A stretch of DNA of 64,000 bases from Octopus vulgaris (GCA_951406725.2 OX597821.1:85436001-85500000), one strand, 5' to 3'. Numbered from the stretch's first letter, positions 50,003 through 64,000 are shown. Program-made: numbers and translations. Notes: generated by a model not told the origin, from the sequence alone.

Positions 50003-51302
50003 TACCATAGATACTCAAGTAATAGTTAATCACATGTAAAAGTCGATCCCTTATTTTTAATTAAAAAATTGAGAATTTTCCATAGACCCCGTATAAAAGT
50101 TGACCCTAGTATTTCACGAACAACAGGACAACATTTGTGGGTCAAGGTACCGTATTCTCCTGTATATAGAAATAATAGTTACAAAATTGTGTGGCTACCT
50201 TACTGTAGTCTGCTCTAGGTGGAATGCTTGGTGCTTATAATGGAATGCTAAGTGCTTTTTGTAAAACACTATTTAATAGCCAGCACTACACATCTGTTGA
50301 TGAGTGCTACATCACCATTACTAAAATTAATGCACAGGATATACTGCAAGCCTGCATACATCTTCAAGCACAATAAACACATGCATCATGTTTACATGGT
50401 GAGAAATGCGTTTCACAGACAGCACTATTGGCGAACACCACTGTCTGAATTCATACAAAGGCATAACTTTGATAAGCTTAAAAACATTCAAGTAATCGCT
50501 AGATCAGTGGTTCCCATGCGACCTTTATATTTTCCTCATCTCCGAATACAATAAACACATGTGTTGTATGCTTGTCTGTTTACATGGTGAGAAACGTGTT
50601 TCACAGCCAGTACTATCAGCGAACAACAGAATTCATGTACGAATTTACACAGAGACATGACTTCCGTAAACCTAAAAACATTTAGTTAATCGCTAGATCA
50701 GTAGTTCTCAAACTTTTATTTTGGCATGGAATCCATCAACATTATTTTTAAAAACACGGAACCCCTGATAACTTTCAGGGAACCCTGGGGTTTTGCAGAA
50801 CACACTTTGGGCATCCCTGCTCCAGATTAACAACTCTACACCATAATCTGGACACTTACTGCCATGACATCCTGCAACATTTTTTGAAAGAGGCCGAGTA
50901 GGTAATGGCATGCCGGTACCGAGCAGATATGTTACCAGTGGTAACATAACATAATTATGATATATAAATTGATTTCAGTAGGCTAGTCTGTTAAGTTTGA
51001 TGGATACAAATAAAAGAGAAAGTGTAAATAATTTATAAGAGCTACACAGTCTTGTTTACGGGTTTTGTTATTTACCAGGACGTGTGTTTTGATGCATAGA
51101 ACTGGTAGTATTACTGTAATTCACTGTGTTTTTGTTTTTATTTGCTTAGACATCAGTTGGGCTTCAACTGCTGACACAGTGCTTTGGATTCTAGCTTCAA
51201 TTTCAACCTCTGAAAAGTAGTAGCCGTGTTATAGTTGACCCCATAAATTTGATCTTAAAAAATGGGCTAAAAAATTTGACTTTTACACAATTCTATACGG
51301 TA
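50003..51302. mobile_element. Non-autonomous Tc2/pogo-like DNA transposon with a nested hAT-like MITE (about 50699-50819)
   Basis: TA|CCATAGATACTCAAGT.. and ..TTCTATACGG|TA termini with subterminal (a/t)agt(c/t)gaccc repeats; inner CAGTAGTTCTCAA..TTGGGCATCCCTG. Confidence 0.6.
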
Positions 51303-51467
51303 GTTTTATTTTGAAAAACATATTCATGGATGCAGTTGACTCAAGAATTTTGATTGATTGTTTGTCAACTGTTCCTCTAAAGAAGATAAAATGACAACAG
51401 TTAAAGCTATAAGGAACAGAATTTTTTGGTAATGGTCTCAAATGTGGTGAGCATAATAGTACAGAGT

Positions 51468-51820
51468 AGTTGCTTACCAACCACATGGTTCGGGGTTCAG
51501 TCCCACTGCATGGTACCTTGGGCAAGTGTCTTCAACTATGCCTCGGGCTGACCAAAGCCATGTGAGTGGATTTGGTAGATGGAAACTGAAAGAAGCCAGT
51601 CAAGTGTGTGTGTGTGTGTGTGTGTGTATACATATGCTTGTATGTCTGTTTGGCCCCCACCACTATCGCCTGACAACCAATGCTGGGCGTGTTTATGCCC
51701 CCCCCCACAACTTAGCAGTTTGGCAAAAAGAGACTGATAGAACAAGTCCTGGTGTCGATTTGTTCGACTAAAGGCGGTGCCCTTGCATGACCTCAGTCAA
51801 ATGACTTAAACAAGTAAAAG
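51468..51820 (+). mobile_element. CORE-like tRNA SINE, 5'-clipped
   Basis: Family match. Confidence 0.82.
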
Positions 51821-52225
51821 ACACGATTTAAATTACATTGTTCCAGAGAAAATATTGAACAAGTAATTTTCATCTTAGTAATACTAAACTGGAAAGCATC
51901 AGATTTTGAACAGGATTTTCTTATTTTTTCTATTGGATTTGAGGGAAGAGACAGTACTTCTGGCTATTTCAGACCATCTGAGACCAGTGGTATTGATACC
52001 ATTTATGTTCCTTTTAAGCAACTGAAAGTCAGTAACGGTGGGAAAAGTCATGAGCAGAGACAGAGTAAGGGCCAAAATTCTGAGAAGGACCAGATGTAAA
52101 GATTAACACAAGATCTAGGCAAAGGAAACAAAAGGGATGAATGAAGGAGAGAGAGAGACAAGGACGATGGGCATGCCTGAGTGAAGGTTGTATGAGTCCA
52201 GCCAGCTCTAAAGAATGGTGTATAT

Positions 52226-52283
<58 letters not shown>

Positions 52284-54228
52284 ACTGCAACTGCAGGTTA
52301 GAATCTGGAGCATGCCTATGACTTTACACTTTTCTGGATATGGTTAAAGAGGTTCCCACAACTGACACAGATGTGGGATCAATACCACAGTGTTTGCACT
52401 AATTTTGCTATAGTGTCTGAAAAAACAGTACATTGGTAATCAATTGCCAGAGATGTCATTTCAGTGAGGCTGGTGCAGTTGAAGCTCACTTTGACACTTG
52501 TGGGTCAATGTCTGCAAGAAATTTATGGGGTGGGGTAAGCAGAATTCCAGACACTTACATGATCATAAAATTCAATCAACTACTATAAATGCGTGGGTTT
52601 AAATCAAGAATTTCTCACACAATTCCAAAAACTCAGCATATCAAGATTTCATAAGACAAAAAAAAAAAAAAGTCAATACAATTTCAATTCTTTTATTTTT
52701 TTTAAGCTGCACACCAATTAAAGTTTACTCCAAGTTATTCATACATCTTATTGTCAAACTGAACAAGTTTAAACAAAAAAAAAAGAAAAGAAAAAAAGCT
52801 TAAAGAAATTTTGAGTATCTTATTCTCTCAATGTACTATAAAACACAGCCAGTGAAGTGAACATAGGTGTCTGAGCTAAATTCCCAAACAATAAATCAGA
52901 AACCCATAAAACTAAGAACTTATTAAAAGAGCCTATTGGAAATAGACTGTTGACATAACTGTATTTGGAAACTGGAAAGATTTTCTAACCTCACTGTCAG
53001 CTGAAGAGGGCGGGCGGGGGTGAGGTCTAAGTTGTCATGATATAGAAAGGACAGGAAACATCTTGTAATATTGCTGAAGGAACTTTATTGAGAAAGTAAC
53101 ATGGAGCTGCCCACCCGTGGTGCACGCTGGAAAAGAGTGAATTAAAAACTCATGACGAACCAGAGAATGATGAATGAGGTTACAGTTACTACAACAGACT
53201 GGGCTGAAAAGTTACCTAGCCTACCTCCATTGAATGTTTATCGATGGTTATTATTTTTTGCTATTATTCCTCCAAACATAAATATTTGTGAGCCACAACA
53301 AAGCAAAGGGAGCAGAGTGTGAAATGTAGTACATATGTGCAGTGACTAGTTTTCTTTTCTCCTTGACAATCTATTCTACATTTAAACCGTACCGTTACAA
53401 GAAGCCACTCTCATCAAATGATAACAAAAGACACCACCATCGAGTGAAGCAAATGATAAATAGTGTGTAAAAATAGCAAAAGCAGCAATAAAAAGTCTAT
53501 AGTGCAAGAACTGGACATAAATACTAATGGAAACTGAGACATATGACAAGGCCAGGATGTGACAAATAGATAAATGACATCAAGAACTCACAGTGACACT
53601 GTTGTTATGGTGTAAATATATAGATTTTTGTCTTTGTTCTCAGCTGCAGGCTGTAATAAAATAATTCCTGACAAGTAAACTGAAACCTACACCCCCAACT
53701 GGTTATTATTTACCTGTAACTGTTATTAGCAGTCATATGAATTACAATACTGACTGGACTGAATCAATAAGCAGCACTTTAAGGGAATGTCTAGCTAGAA
53801 TAGGACACACGGACACAGACACACATATACACTTTTCTTGTTTCAAGTATTTGTAGTTAGTATTACTTTCACTGTTATCAAACATCATAAAAAAAAAAGA
53901 CTAATAAATGCTTAAAGTTAACTTCCATTCAGAAAGGTTTCTTATTTGAGTGATAAAGGTACAGTGTATTATAAATGACCTTAATAAGAACCTTATTAGC
54001 GATACATTATATTCATTACCAATTGGTTGACCAATTACTAAGCCACAAAATGCAAAATAAACAACAGGCCCCTTAAGATCACCCAGTTACCCTTATTCCC
54101 AGATTATGTAGATAAAAAGGTTATTGGTTTAATTGTGAATGTTTCACTGAAATGTCTAACAATTATTCAAAAGTAGTTATCAATTCAAGGAATACAAAAT
54201 AATTCACAAACTAGATAATTTTGGTTAA

Positions 54229-54874
54229 CACTTTAGCATTTAAACCAGCCATATCCGGCCCGAATATTCTACCTGTTTTCTGTTCAAATTGGCCAGATCT
54301 AACCTCTCACACTACCCTACATTGTCATTCTAAAAATAAACAATCACATCATTGAAATTTTCAAACTACAAATATCAATGGAAATAGTAGTTGTGATACC
54401 TGTGCCGGTGGGACATAAAAAGCACCATCCGAACGTGGCCGTTGCCAGCGCCGCCTCGACTGGCTTCTGTGCCGGTGGCATATAAAAAGCACCATCCGAA
54501 CGTGGCCGATGCCAGCACCGCCTCGACTGGCTTCTGTGCCGGTGGCACGTTAAAAGCACCAACCGATCGTGGCCGATGCCAGACCCCCCCCCCTGGCACC
54601 TGTGCAGGTGGCACGTAAAAAGCACCCACTACACTCGCGGAGTGGTTGGCGTTAGGAAGGGCATCCAGCTGTAGAAACACTGCCAGATCAGACTGGAGCC
54701 TGGTGCAGCCCCTGGCTTCCCAGACCCCGGTTGAACCGTCCAACCCGTGCTAGGGCGGAAAACGGACGTTAAACGATGATGATGATGATGATGATGAAGA
54801 TAAGCCAAGATTAAATAAAAACAATGTGAATAAATAAGCATTATATTTGACAGAGTTATGTGAATGCTAAAAGG
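54229..54874. mobile_element. TTAA MITE (4811 family, inverted) interrupted by a SINE-like insertion
   Basis: ttaa|cactttagcatttaaacc.. to ..gaatgctaaaagg|ctaa; the two halves match the reverse complement of 4811-5031. Confidence 0.75.
54372..54796 (+). mobile_element. (GAT)n-tailed SINE-like element with 67-bp units, young copy
   Basis: Family match; begins atatcaatggaaatagtagttgtgatacc. Confidence 0.85.
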
Positions 54875-54993
54875 CTAAACATATGGAAGGTTAATAAGAG
54901 AATGGAATGAACATTTATTTCTCTACAAATAAAATAATACAAGATGGTACTCAGGAAAAAAGAAGATCAGTTTTATAGATATATGTTCATACA

Positions 54994-55520
54994 CAGGGTG
55001 CGATGGGTAAATTGTCGTCATTTTATACTTTGAACTTCATGCCTTGTTTGGTTTTGATTTTGTTGACTACACAGTACAGTAGGGTGAGAAGGGAACCGTC
55101 TGTGAGGAAAACAGCACCATGATGCAATTTACTCAGCCAGAAATTTGGAAATGCCATGCTGTAGTTTCTGACAGTCGTTACTGGGTTCTCCTGCTTGTGT
55201 GGCATAGTGCAGAATTCTATCTTCCAGCAGCCACCCTCTTGACCCAGGGCAGCACTACCTCCTCCAAACACTTGACGTAAGCCTCTATGTTGACTCTTAG
55301 GCCACATGGGAAGATGAATGGAGGCTTAACATTTCTATCACTAGTGATTACTCCAAACACCACGATGTTGACTGGATGTTTGATTTTTATCACTCTTGGT
55401 ACATGTTTTGGGAACGCAGCAAGCCAACAGTTGTTCTGTGTGTTCACCATCTGACCGTGGTGAAAATTTTTCTCGTCTGAGTAAAACTAAAGCATGTTTG
55501 GTTGGAGGGGATGCTTGTAG
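54994..55520. mobile_element. Rearranged Tc1/mariner (DD37D/maT-like) transposon remnant
   Basis: CAGGGTG.. TIR-like end. The minus strand encodes YSDEKNF..KHPVNIVVFGVITSD..PPFIFP.GLRVNIEAY..CLEEVVLPWVKRVAAGR..SALCHTSRRTQ with stops and frameshifts. Confidence 0.8.
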
Positions 55521-55544
55521 TGTAAATATTAATAATAACAATAA

Positions 55545-56290
55545 TTATTTCTAACATAGGTACAAACCCACAAATGTGGAGTTAGGAACATTATTATATC
55601 AAGCATTAATGTGTGTGTGTGGAGGATCTAGTCGAATATCTGAACCACAGTACTTGATTGGTACTTATTTCATAAACCCTGAAAAGATGAAAGGCAAAGT
55701 CAACCTCAGTGGAATCTGAACTTGGAATATAAAAACAGACAAAATGCTATTAAGCATAGTCAGTTATATCAACCCCGGTATTCAACTGACTCTTATTTTA
55801 TCGACCCTGAAAGGATGAAAGGCAAAGTCGAGTTCAGTGTTTTTAATTTAAGCTCAAGGCCTGACTCTTTGACAGAAGGGGTGGTAGTTGATTACATCAA
55901 CCCCAATACTAGACTAGTACTTAACTTTATCAACCCCTAGAAAGATGAACAGTAAAGCTCACCTTGGCAGGATTTGAACTCACAATGTAAAGAGCCAGAA
56001 CAAATATCACAAGGCAGTTTTCCTGACGTAATGATTCTGCCAACCCACCCTAAGACACTAACTATAACAATAATAATTGTTTCTAACAGACACAAACCCA
56101 GAAATTTTGGGGTAGGGAAACAATTGATTGTATCAACTCTAATGCTTGACTGGTACTTTATTTTATTGACCTCAGAAAACTGAAAGGCAAAGCTGAACAC
56201 AGTATGATTTGAACTCAGAATGCAAATACCCATAACTAAATATCATAAAGCATTTTGTCAGACATTAACAAGTCTGCTAATTTGTCATAA
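55545..56290 (-). repeat. Four tandem degenerate SINE-like units
   Basis: The module ggtactt..gaccc.gaaaggatgaaaggcaaagtc recurs at about 55660, 55787, 55914 and 56150. Confidence 0.7.
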
Positions 56291-59200
56291 TAATGATAAT
56301 GATAACAACAACAACACATTAATAGTAATAAACATCAATGGAAAATGTAACAAATATGAAGATGTTGATAAGGATATAATTATGAAATAAATCTTGGGTA
56401 AGTTTATTAAATCAAGAGAGGTAGAAAATTTATTTGTGGTTTTAATCTATGAACGAACTATTAGACCAAAGAAGAAAGTCAATAAGAACAGCCTAAGTGG
56501 GTAGGTGGTTAAATGAATTATAGACTTTTTACTATTTATCAAATGATACCAAGTACTGAAGCCGAGACAAAGGACAACAATGCAAAAGAGAGAAATCCTA
56601 TTTGTCTTTGAGAGGACAGTGATACAAAATGAATCATTGACAAAAGAGATCAGAGTCCTATTTGTCAGTGTCTTATTCTGACCCAAGCCTCTGGTAGAAT
56701 TTGTCTCCTACGGTAGGATTTCCATGTGTGCCTCATGATTGACTTACTGACCAATGGTTTCGACAATGCTACAAATGTTCAGGTTGCTGTCAAGAGCCAA
56801 GTGACTAATGAAAGCCCCTTAAGATAGAACATTCCAGGAACAGGGAGGGCCAGAACACACAGTGAATACATTACACTCCAATCTACGATGTTCTATTATG
56901 GTCAGACACACGCATGCACGCATGCATGCACACACACACATACATGCACAATCTCTCACCCTTTCTCTCTTTCTTCCTCTTCACCTCTCTTACATGCGCG
57001 CACACACACACACACTATCAAATGCAGACGCACACAATCACAAGTATACACATACAAACAAGCCTACGGACACATAAACTGATAAAAGATATAAAAGACA
57101 AAATCTAATGAAAAAGTGTCAAACTAACTAGTGCCTTAAAAAAAAAAAATAGAAAAAAAAACCCAGAAGGAATAAAAAAAAAAAAAAAAGAAATAATATT
57201 CTCCCCACCACATTTCCTCACACAACTGGCTTTTCTTATTTGCAGACTGTTTAGAAATTATTGGTTTGATTGGATTAAGGTGAGAAGTGGAATCTTAATT
57301 TTAGTAATGTTCATGGCAATAAGTCTGCCAAATGGCAATAAATCTTGCTAATTTCCATCAGAACCATACAGTTGGTCATCACACTCATGCTAAGTGAGTA
57401 TTAGCAGTTTGTCTAGGCTTCTATATTGCCACACTGTTAACGGGATGGCAGAGAAAGCTATGTGCAAATGAAAAGCATAACCAGTGACAAACAACCATTT
57501 GAGTACTGTTAATTGAGTTATACCTTGAACTTGCTGGGAAATCCACTTGGTTACCAGATTAAGTGAGACATGAATGAGGAAAAAGAAGAGAAGGATGAAG
57601 GGAATAAGAAACAAAGAGAGCGACTTTATATTAGCAGTGTCAAATTTTCATTCAAGAGAAATTTATGAAAAAATCCGCAAAACTTGGTGCAACAATTTAC
57701 TGCCAATCAATGACAGGTCAATGTTAAAAGGGATTTTCACTGCTGCCTTGGAGAGATTTGATCAATTTATCTCAGTTATGAAACCTAATTTTAGCTAAAG
57801 ATTTTATAAACTTTGACAAGTTGAAAGGAGAGGAAGCTTACTGAATTGATGCTCATTGCTACTAAATACATGCTGCCTTCTTGTTAGCTGAACTTCCATC
57901 AAATAAAGAGTTCTTGCTAAGAGGGATTACAACCAGCTTATTTACATGGCATCATTTTAAGTAGATCTTTGCAAGTGCAAAGCTGGCTTTGTAATGGCTT
58001 TTACAAAGACATTTCAGTTAGCATACTCAGAGAAAATTCTTTAAATAATCATGTTTTACACTGGTACTTTTTGCAATTAAGATTAAAATCTATTCAAATC
58101 AACAGAATAATTCTTATTAAAAAGTTCTTTAAGTTGACAAATGATTAGTTAAAACTATAAAACATACATAAGCTACATCATTTGTAATGGACTTGACCCA
58201 ATAGGTTGAGATAAGTAGCCTTGGTATTAAATAGAGAAAGAATCACAACACATCTTTGTGTGAGCAATAACAAGATTTTCACTTGATTGCTCCATAACTA
58301 TTTTATCCTCATTAGGGTCAGAGAAATGTTAAATAGAACTGATGTCACTAATTTGCCCTTAATTCATACAAACCCACGCCTTTGGTATGTATAAAAAGCA
58401 CCCCTTGGTAAAGAGATGACATCATGTTAATAAACCTACTAGAATTTGAGATAAAAACTAGACCGTTTAAAGGGTACACAGCAAGTGCACCCTTTAAACA
58501 CTAACAGTAAACTTAAACTTTCAAACAGCATCAATAGTAAAGTGTAGCAATGAAATATCTCCCATTAAAATATTTATCAAATAATAAAGCTGATGATTAT
58601 AACTGATGAAAACAGATGGACTCTATGTGATGGATATTTATAACCTGTATGCTAGTGTTGAGTTCTTGACTAAATAGAAATTACTGGATGATGAAAAATT
58701 GCTTCTTGTAGAAGATGGTATTAAACAACAACTTAAAAATGTTATTAAAAAGTTATTTTAATAAATTCTCCATTATTTTCAAAATTAGTTGAAAGAAAGG
58801 TAGAAAATGTTAAAAGGTTTAAACGCCTACAATAATATAGATACAATCAAGCAATACCCCTTATAAACAATTTTATGGCCTTGAACTCATGAAAGAAATG
58901 ACTTTTCTTCACATTACAAGAGAAGTATGGAGTTACAAAAAGGATGAGGTACCAAACTAAATGTCTTGAAGTATCTAATTATTGTTGATTGGCCCCAGAC
59001 TCCAGTGCTGACCTGAGGCTAACCGAAGGCCTTCCAACAATGACTGTCACATCAAATCCATTTCATCAGACAGTATATCTTAGACATTATGCAAAGTACC
59101 TTTTATCTTTTAAGATGGTAGTGTGGTTCAAGTGAGATATAGCAGCTGCTTCTAGCAAGTCAAGTGACCACATAACCCTCTTACAGTTCATGTCCTGTCA

Positions 59201-62200
59201 TGCTTAATGAAATTACTACCAGTCATATAGTGAGGTCAAAGCAATCACCTACTCCACACTCCACACATTGCCATTTATAGCTTTATATCCATGTGATAAA
59301 TCGTATTATACACTACCATAATTATTTCCATTATACACTTCAGTAAAGAATTAGAAAGCTGACACAGGAAAGGATATAACAGTCACAGGTTTATGTTTAG
59401 TACTCATATTTCAAGTTATTTAATGAGATGTAACTTGATCAAGTCGATGAAATTGTATAGAAGTACACGCCCTCGTCTGAATTGACATACAGTGTGTATA
59501 TAATTGTATCTACATAAATGTATATGTGTACACACACACACACACATACACACACACTAACACATATATTTGTGAAAATATAGAGAATTTGTTGTACTAG
59601 TAGTTAATGTGGTTTATAACAAATGTGATTAATAATAAAAATTTCAAACAAGTGTGAACTATAAAAAATCAGAAATAAAAGACATGACATAACTGCCAGC
59701 TATTAAGTATAACTCCGCACCACAAATCCTGCCAAAACCTAGTTTACATAACAAACTGGTGCAAACTGTAAGCTTAGACATCCAAAAATGAGCTATCTTC
59801 TTCACTACAAGGTAACAATATGTGTAAGACATGACAATACATATTGTAATAGACTATTGGGATATACACATTGCAATAGGTACATGCATGTGGTTATGGA
59901 AATTGCTTCCAAACCACACGGTGTCAGGTTCAATCCCATTGTGTTGCACCTTGGGTTAGTGTCTTCTAGTATAGCCTAGTGAATTGATTGGGTAGGTGGG
60001 AAATGAAAGAAGCTATTATGTGTGTATGTGTAAGTGTGTATATGTTTGTATCTCCATGCCTTAACACCATGCAATGTGTCACTGTCATACAAGCTGTGTC
60101 ATTAATTTCCAATATTCTGCAGGAACATGACCGACCATGGAGAAATATTATCTTGCTTGGATACAGGTGAGGATTGGTGACAGGAAGGACATCTGGCTGT
60201 CAAAAAATCTGTGACAACGAACTCTGTTCAACCCATGCAAGTATGGAAAATTGGACATTAAAATGATGCTAATGATGATGTAATATGATGTGATGTCACA
60301 GTACACTCTGTAATGTTACAATCTGTTAAGTCATGACACACGGCAATAACCCATAATGTCGAAACACTGTATAACAATCTGCAAAGTCACAATGTAATAA
60401 AAAAAACACAGGCCAGCACTCACTGAATATGATATAATTTTAAAATGCTTCAACCATGACTTTTCTGTCTTTTTGTATATCAAGGTCTACACTAAGCAAA
60501 AATGGTATGGTGCGATTTTGAGGGAGATTGTAGTGATTTTTGTATTTTCAATTAATATTTTTTTTTTTAGAACAGTGATGTTGCCTTAACTTTTGCAAAA
60601 GTCATTTCCCATGTTAATACTCTCTATTGTCGTTTAAATGTAGTCCAAGATATATATAAAAATAGTGATAATTCTTCTTAAATACTTTTGAGCATCTGCT
60701 CAATCAGTGCTGACTTGGGGTTAAATGATAACAACATTTCATTCATATGCCAATATTATTGGTGTAGTTAGTGTCTTTTTCCTCTTCCTTCATGATCATC
60801 GCAAATAGAATAAGTTTGAACCTGGACAAGTGCACCGCTTTGACCACAAACATTCGTCATAAATATTTGTAATTCTATTGTAGTTGTGGTCTTGGTGTAG
60901 TTAATAATTCATTATAATTCATTATAATCCACAAGAGCATATCTGAAATAGATTTATGATGTAGTGAACTCTAGATGCTTACATTGCTAGACAACATAGC
61001 CAACTGACAGAGTTGTTACAATGTCGGATAGATTACTATGCAGCAATCATTCTGGCTCTCTGAATTCTGGGTTCAAATCCTACTGAAGTCAAATTCACTT
61101 TACATCTTTTCATACAAGGTATAAGTCCTGTACTGAAATTGAATTTTCTCCTCTTATTCTTTCCTCTTTACTATCTTTCTATTTTTTTAGAAAGAAATTC
61201 ATCAGACCTGATGAGTGGTTGGAACTGGATAGGGAGGTACGCTGCCAGGTCTAAAAGTATGCAAGGCATTACTGCATGTCATGATGACAGCCGTACAAGT
61301 CCATCATGGAGCTGAGGTCTCAAGGAAAGGTGTATTGCTAATTACATCCTAACCCAGATCAAAATGCTTTGCCAAAGCCATTTTGATAGGATATCACTTT
61401 GAAGTTATAAATTAGACTGCACCATGAACGTCAAGACTTCATATGATGGGTCAGTGGGGTAAAGTGATATTAATACAGCTGAATTAGAATTGTTGTAAAG
61501 TAGTAAATACAGCGAAATCATCTCAGAGGGATGCAATTCTGGAGCAGAAGGATTAGAGTGGAGCAAAAGAATTGAGGATAAAGGCTCATTAGAATTAAAT
61601 TAGTACACTCACTGGAAGGGACAGAGACAATTGTAATAACTATAAATGGGATAAAGAGAAGACATAGCTAAACAATGACCTAATGCTTATAGAAAAATAA
61701 TGGTTGGATTTTCATTCTTATATCTCTTATGCCTGGCAGTATTTGTGCTTTTTAAAAACACAGCCCTCTACCCAACACATGCACCTCACTAAAAAGGCTA
61801 TCATGTACCTGCTACATTCTTTCTGAATAAAACCACATAAAAGAAATATCAAGATACTTGTTCTTTTTAGACATTACTCTCTTGGGACTGTAGTGCAGAA
61901 TGTTTATGATAATACTTTAGAGAGAGAGAGAGAGTTAAAATTAGAGCAATTAGAGACAAGGGTTGGGTGGAATATATGAAATATTAACAAGTAACAGTGG
62001 GGGCAAATTACAATTGATATTTAAATACACAGTATTTGTTTGTGTAGAAAGCCAGTTGGTGTGAAAGTAAATCTATTCAGAAAGCAAGCCATTAAGACTG
62101 GAGATATAATAGATGCAGTATGTGTGTGACAGAGTGAAATGCCATCATCTTGACAGATTTTCTCAATAGTAGCCTAAGGGTTAAATAGAATAAATGAGGG

Positions 62201-62809
62201 TCAAATAAATGTTACAATAAAAACAGATTTAGCTATGTTTGTTTTTGCTTCTTTGTTTTTCTTTTTCCATTTTGTTTTCATTTAATTTTTATTTACACTT
62301 CTTGAAGATAACAATGAAAATCAGGAACAGAAAGGAAAGAAAAAGAAAAAGCTCAAAGAAAGAAAAAAAAAAAAGAAAAGTAAAACCAGAAAAGTTATAA
62401 TCAATGAAATAAAAGTAAAGCCATTATATACATACATATATAAAACAAAAGTAAAATCATTTTATACACACACACACACACACACACACAAAAACAAATG
62501 TCTTACATTCCTTAGATGAATGTATTTTGACTGAAAATTGAGACAATCTAGTGACTATTTAAGCACAAGCTCAACACCGTTTTTGTTTATGTCTTATATT
62601 GTCAGCAATGTGTTACTGCCATCTTATAATGCAAAATAAATGAAAACTGTTCTTTATTTGCAATAACAAAGTGAATTCTAAGTTAATTTTATCAGACAAA
62701 GAAATCGATAAAGTGGAATGTTTATAGCGATGTAGTACACACGCTATCTCGTCCAACAAAGCATAGAATTGCTGCTTCAAATAAAATCATCAAAAGACTA
62801 CAACTGGGA

Positions 62810-62945
62810 ACATTATATATATATATGTATGTTGTGTGTGTATATAAGTATGTATGTATGTATACACACACACACACACACACACGGTATGTGTGTGTGT
62901 GTGTGTGTAATTATCTATCAATGAATGTATGTGTATTTGTGTGTG

Positions 62946-62989
<44 letters not shown>

Positions 62990-63072
62990 AAGATATATAT
63001 ATATGTGTATATATATACGTATGTATATAATATATATATATATGTATGTATATATATATATGTATGTATGTG

Positions 63073-63115
<43 letters not shown>
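62810..63115. repeat. Compound (TA)n/(TG)n/(TATG)n microsatellite
   Basis: Seen directly. Confidence 0.9.
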
Positions 63116-63118
<3 letters not shown>

Positions 63119-64000
63119 ATTTAGGAAAGAGGAAAAAACCCCACAAAAATCAAACATCTAAAAGTAGTAGTAGTAATAATAATGATGATAATAATAATAT
63201 CGAAAAAAAAATAAGAGGAAAAAACATATGCTTGCTGATCTGTTATTAGCTTTGATTAGATATTGCCTGGTTACATAGAAAATAAGAAAGAATATATACA
63301 TTGATATAGAAAAATGAAGACCAAAAGATATCAACATATTGACTTTGAATGGGAAATCATATTATGAGAGTTGTTTCAGTTCCTAGACAATATCTCATCC
63401 ACAATATATATTTGAGTTAATAACAAAATATAGACATCAAGTGGGTATGTGCCCACTCACTAGCCTCTTAACTGAAGCCTTGCATGCTATGTATGTACAT
63501 ATGCACACACACACACACACATCTATACATCTGTAAGAATAAAAAGGTGGAAGGTCAAGTAGTTATACGGAAGCACTGATCCAATAAATTAAATTATGTT
63601 TTTTCTTTTTCTTTTTTTTTTTTCTTTCTTTCTGCAAAATTTCTAAATCATAAATAGAAATATTAATGTTTATGGCATATACAAATGGTAGAAAGAAAAA
63701 TTCTATATAGAAGTTAAAGACAAGGAAATGAAAGCAGCCTGAATAGCAGCAGCAGCAGCGGTAAGAGTTGAGGGCCATTCATTCATATGAAAGGGAGTAC
63801 TTACTTATTAGATATAAAACAGTGAAGGGATGGGAAATTCAAAATGATGGTGGTGGAGGTGGTGTGTTAGAAGAGGAAGAAGAACAACAACAACTACAAT
63901 AATTTCCAATAGATATAAGGATAGGGAAAATTGTAGTACAAACAGGAATACATATAATAGACAACAATAACAACAACAAAACGGTCTTCGATAAACAAAA

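Noticed and set aside
47149-64000. Expected upstream RNF220 exon containing the first CPxC zinc finger
   Set aside because: I scanned the minus strand by eye and found no matching exon. It probably lies outside the window, although a manual miss is possible.

Overview
This is AT-rich, microsatellite- and SINE-dense animal DNA. The repeat families look like those of an Octopus species (inferred from recalled repeats, not tested). One protein-coding gene runs through the window on the minus strand: the 3' part of an RNF220-family RING E3 ubiquitin ligase. I spliced 12 coding exons by hand (47148 down to the TAG at 1257). They join in frame to give 328 aa, and the 5' exons were not found and probably lie beyond 64000. 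The remainder is intron and 3' UTR with several tRNA-derived and RTE-tailed SINE families, TTAA/TA/hAT MITEs, a Helentron-like element, CR1 and RTE LINE remnants and a rearranged mariner. The main points of interest are splicing and regulatory features of RNF220: a U12 (minor spliceosome) intron, a candidate 27-nt microexon, a candidate 69-nt cassette exon, a candidate recursive splice site, an inverted SINE pair that could form an ADAR substrate, and a SINE-free intronic block with enhancer-like unique islands. I found no prokaryotic system, CRISPR array or clearly novel gene. Most ORFs in the supplied track are repeat or microsatellite artefacts.
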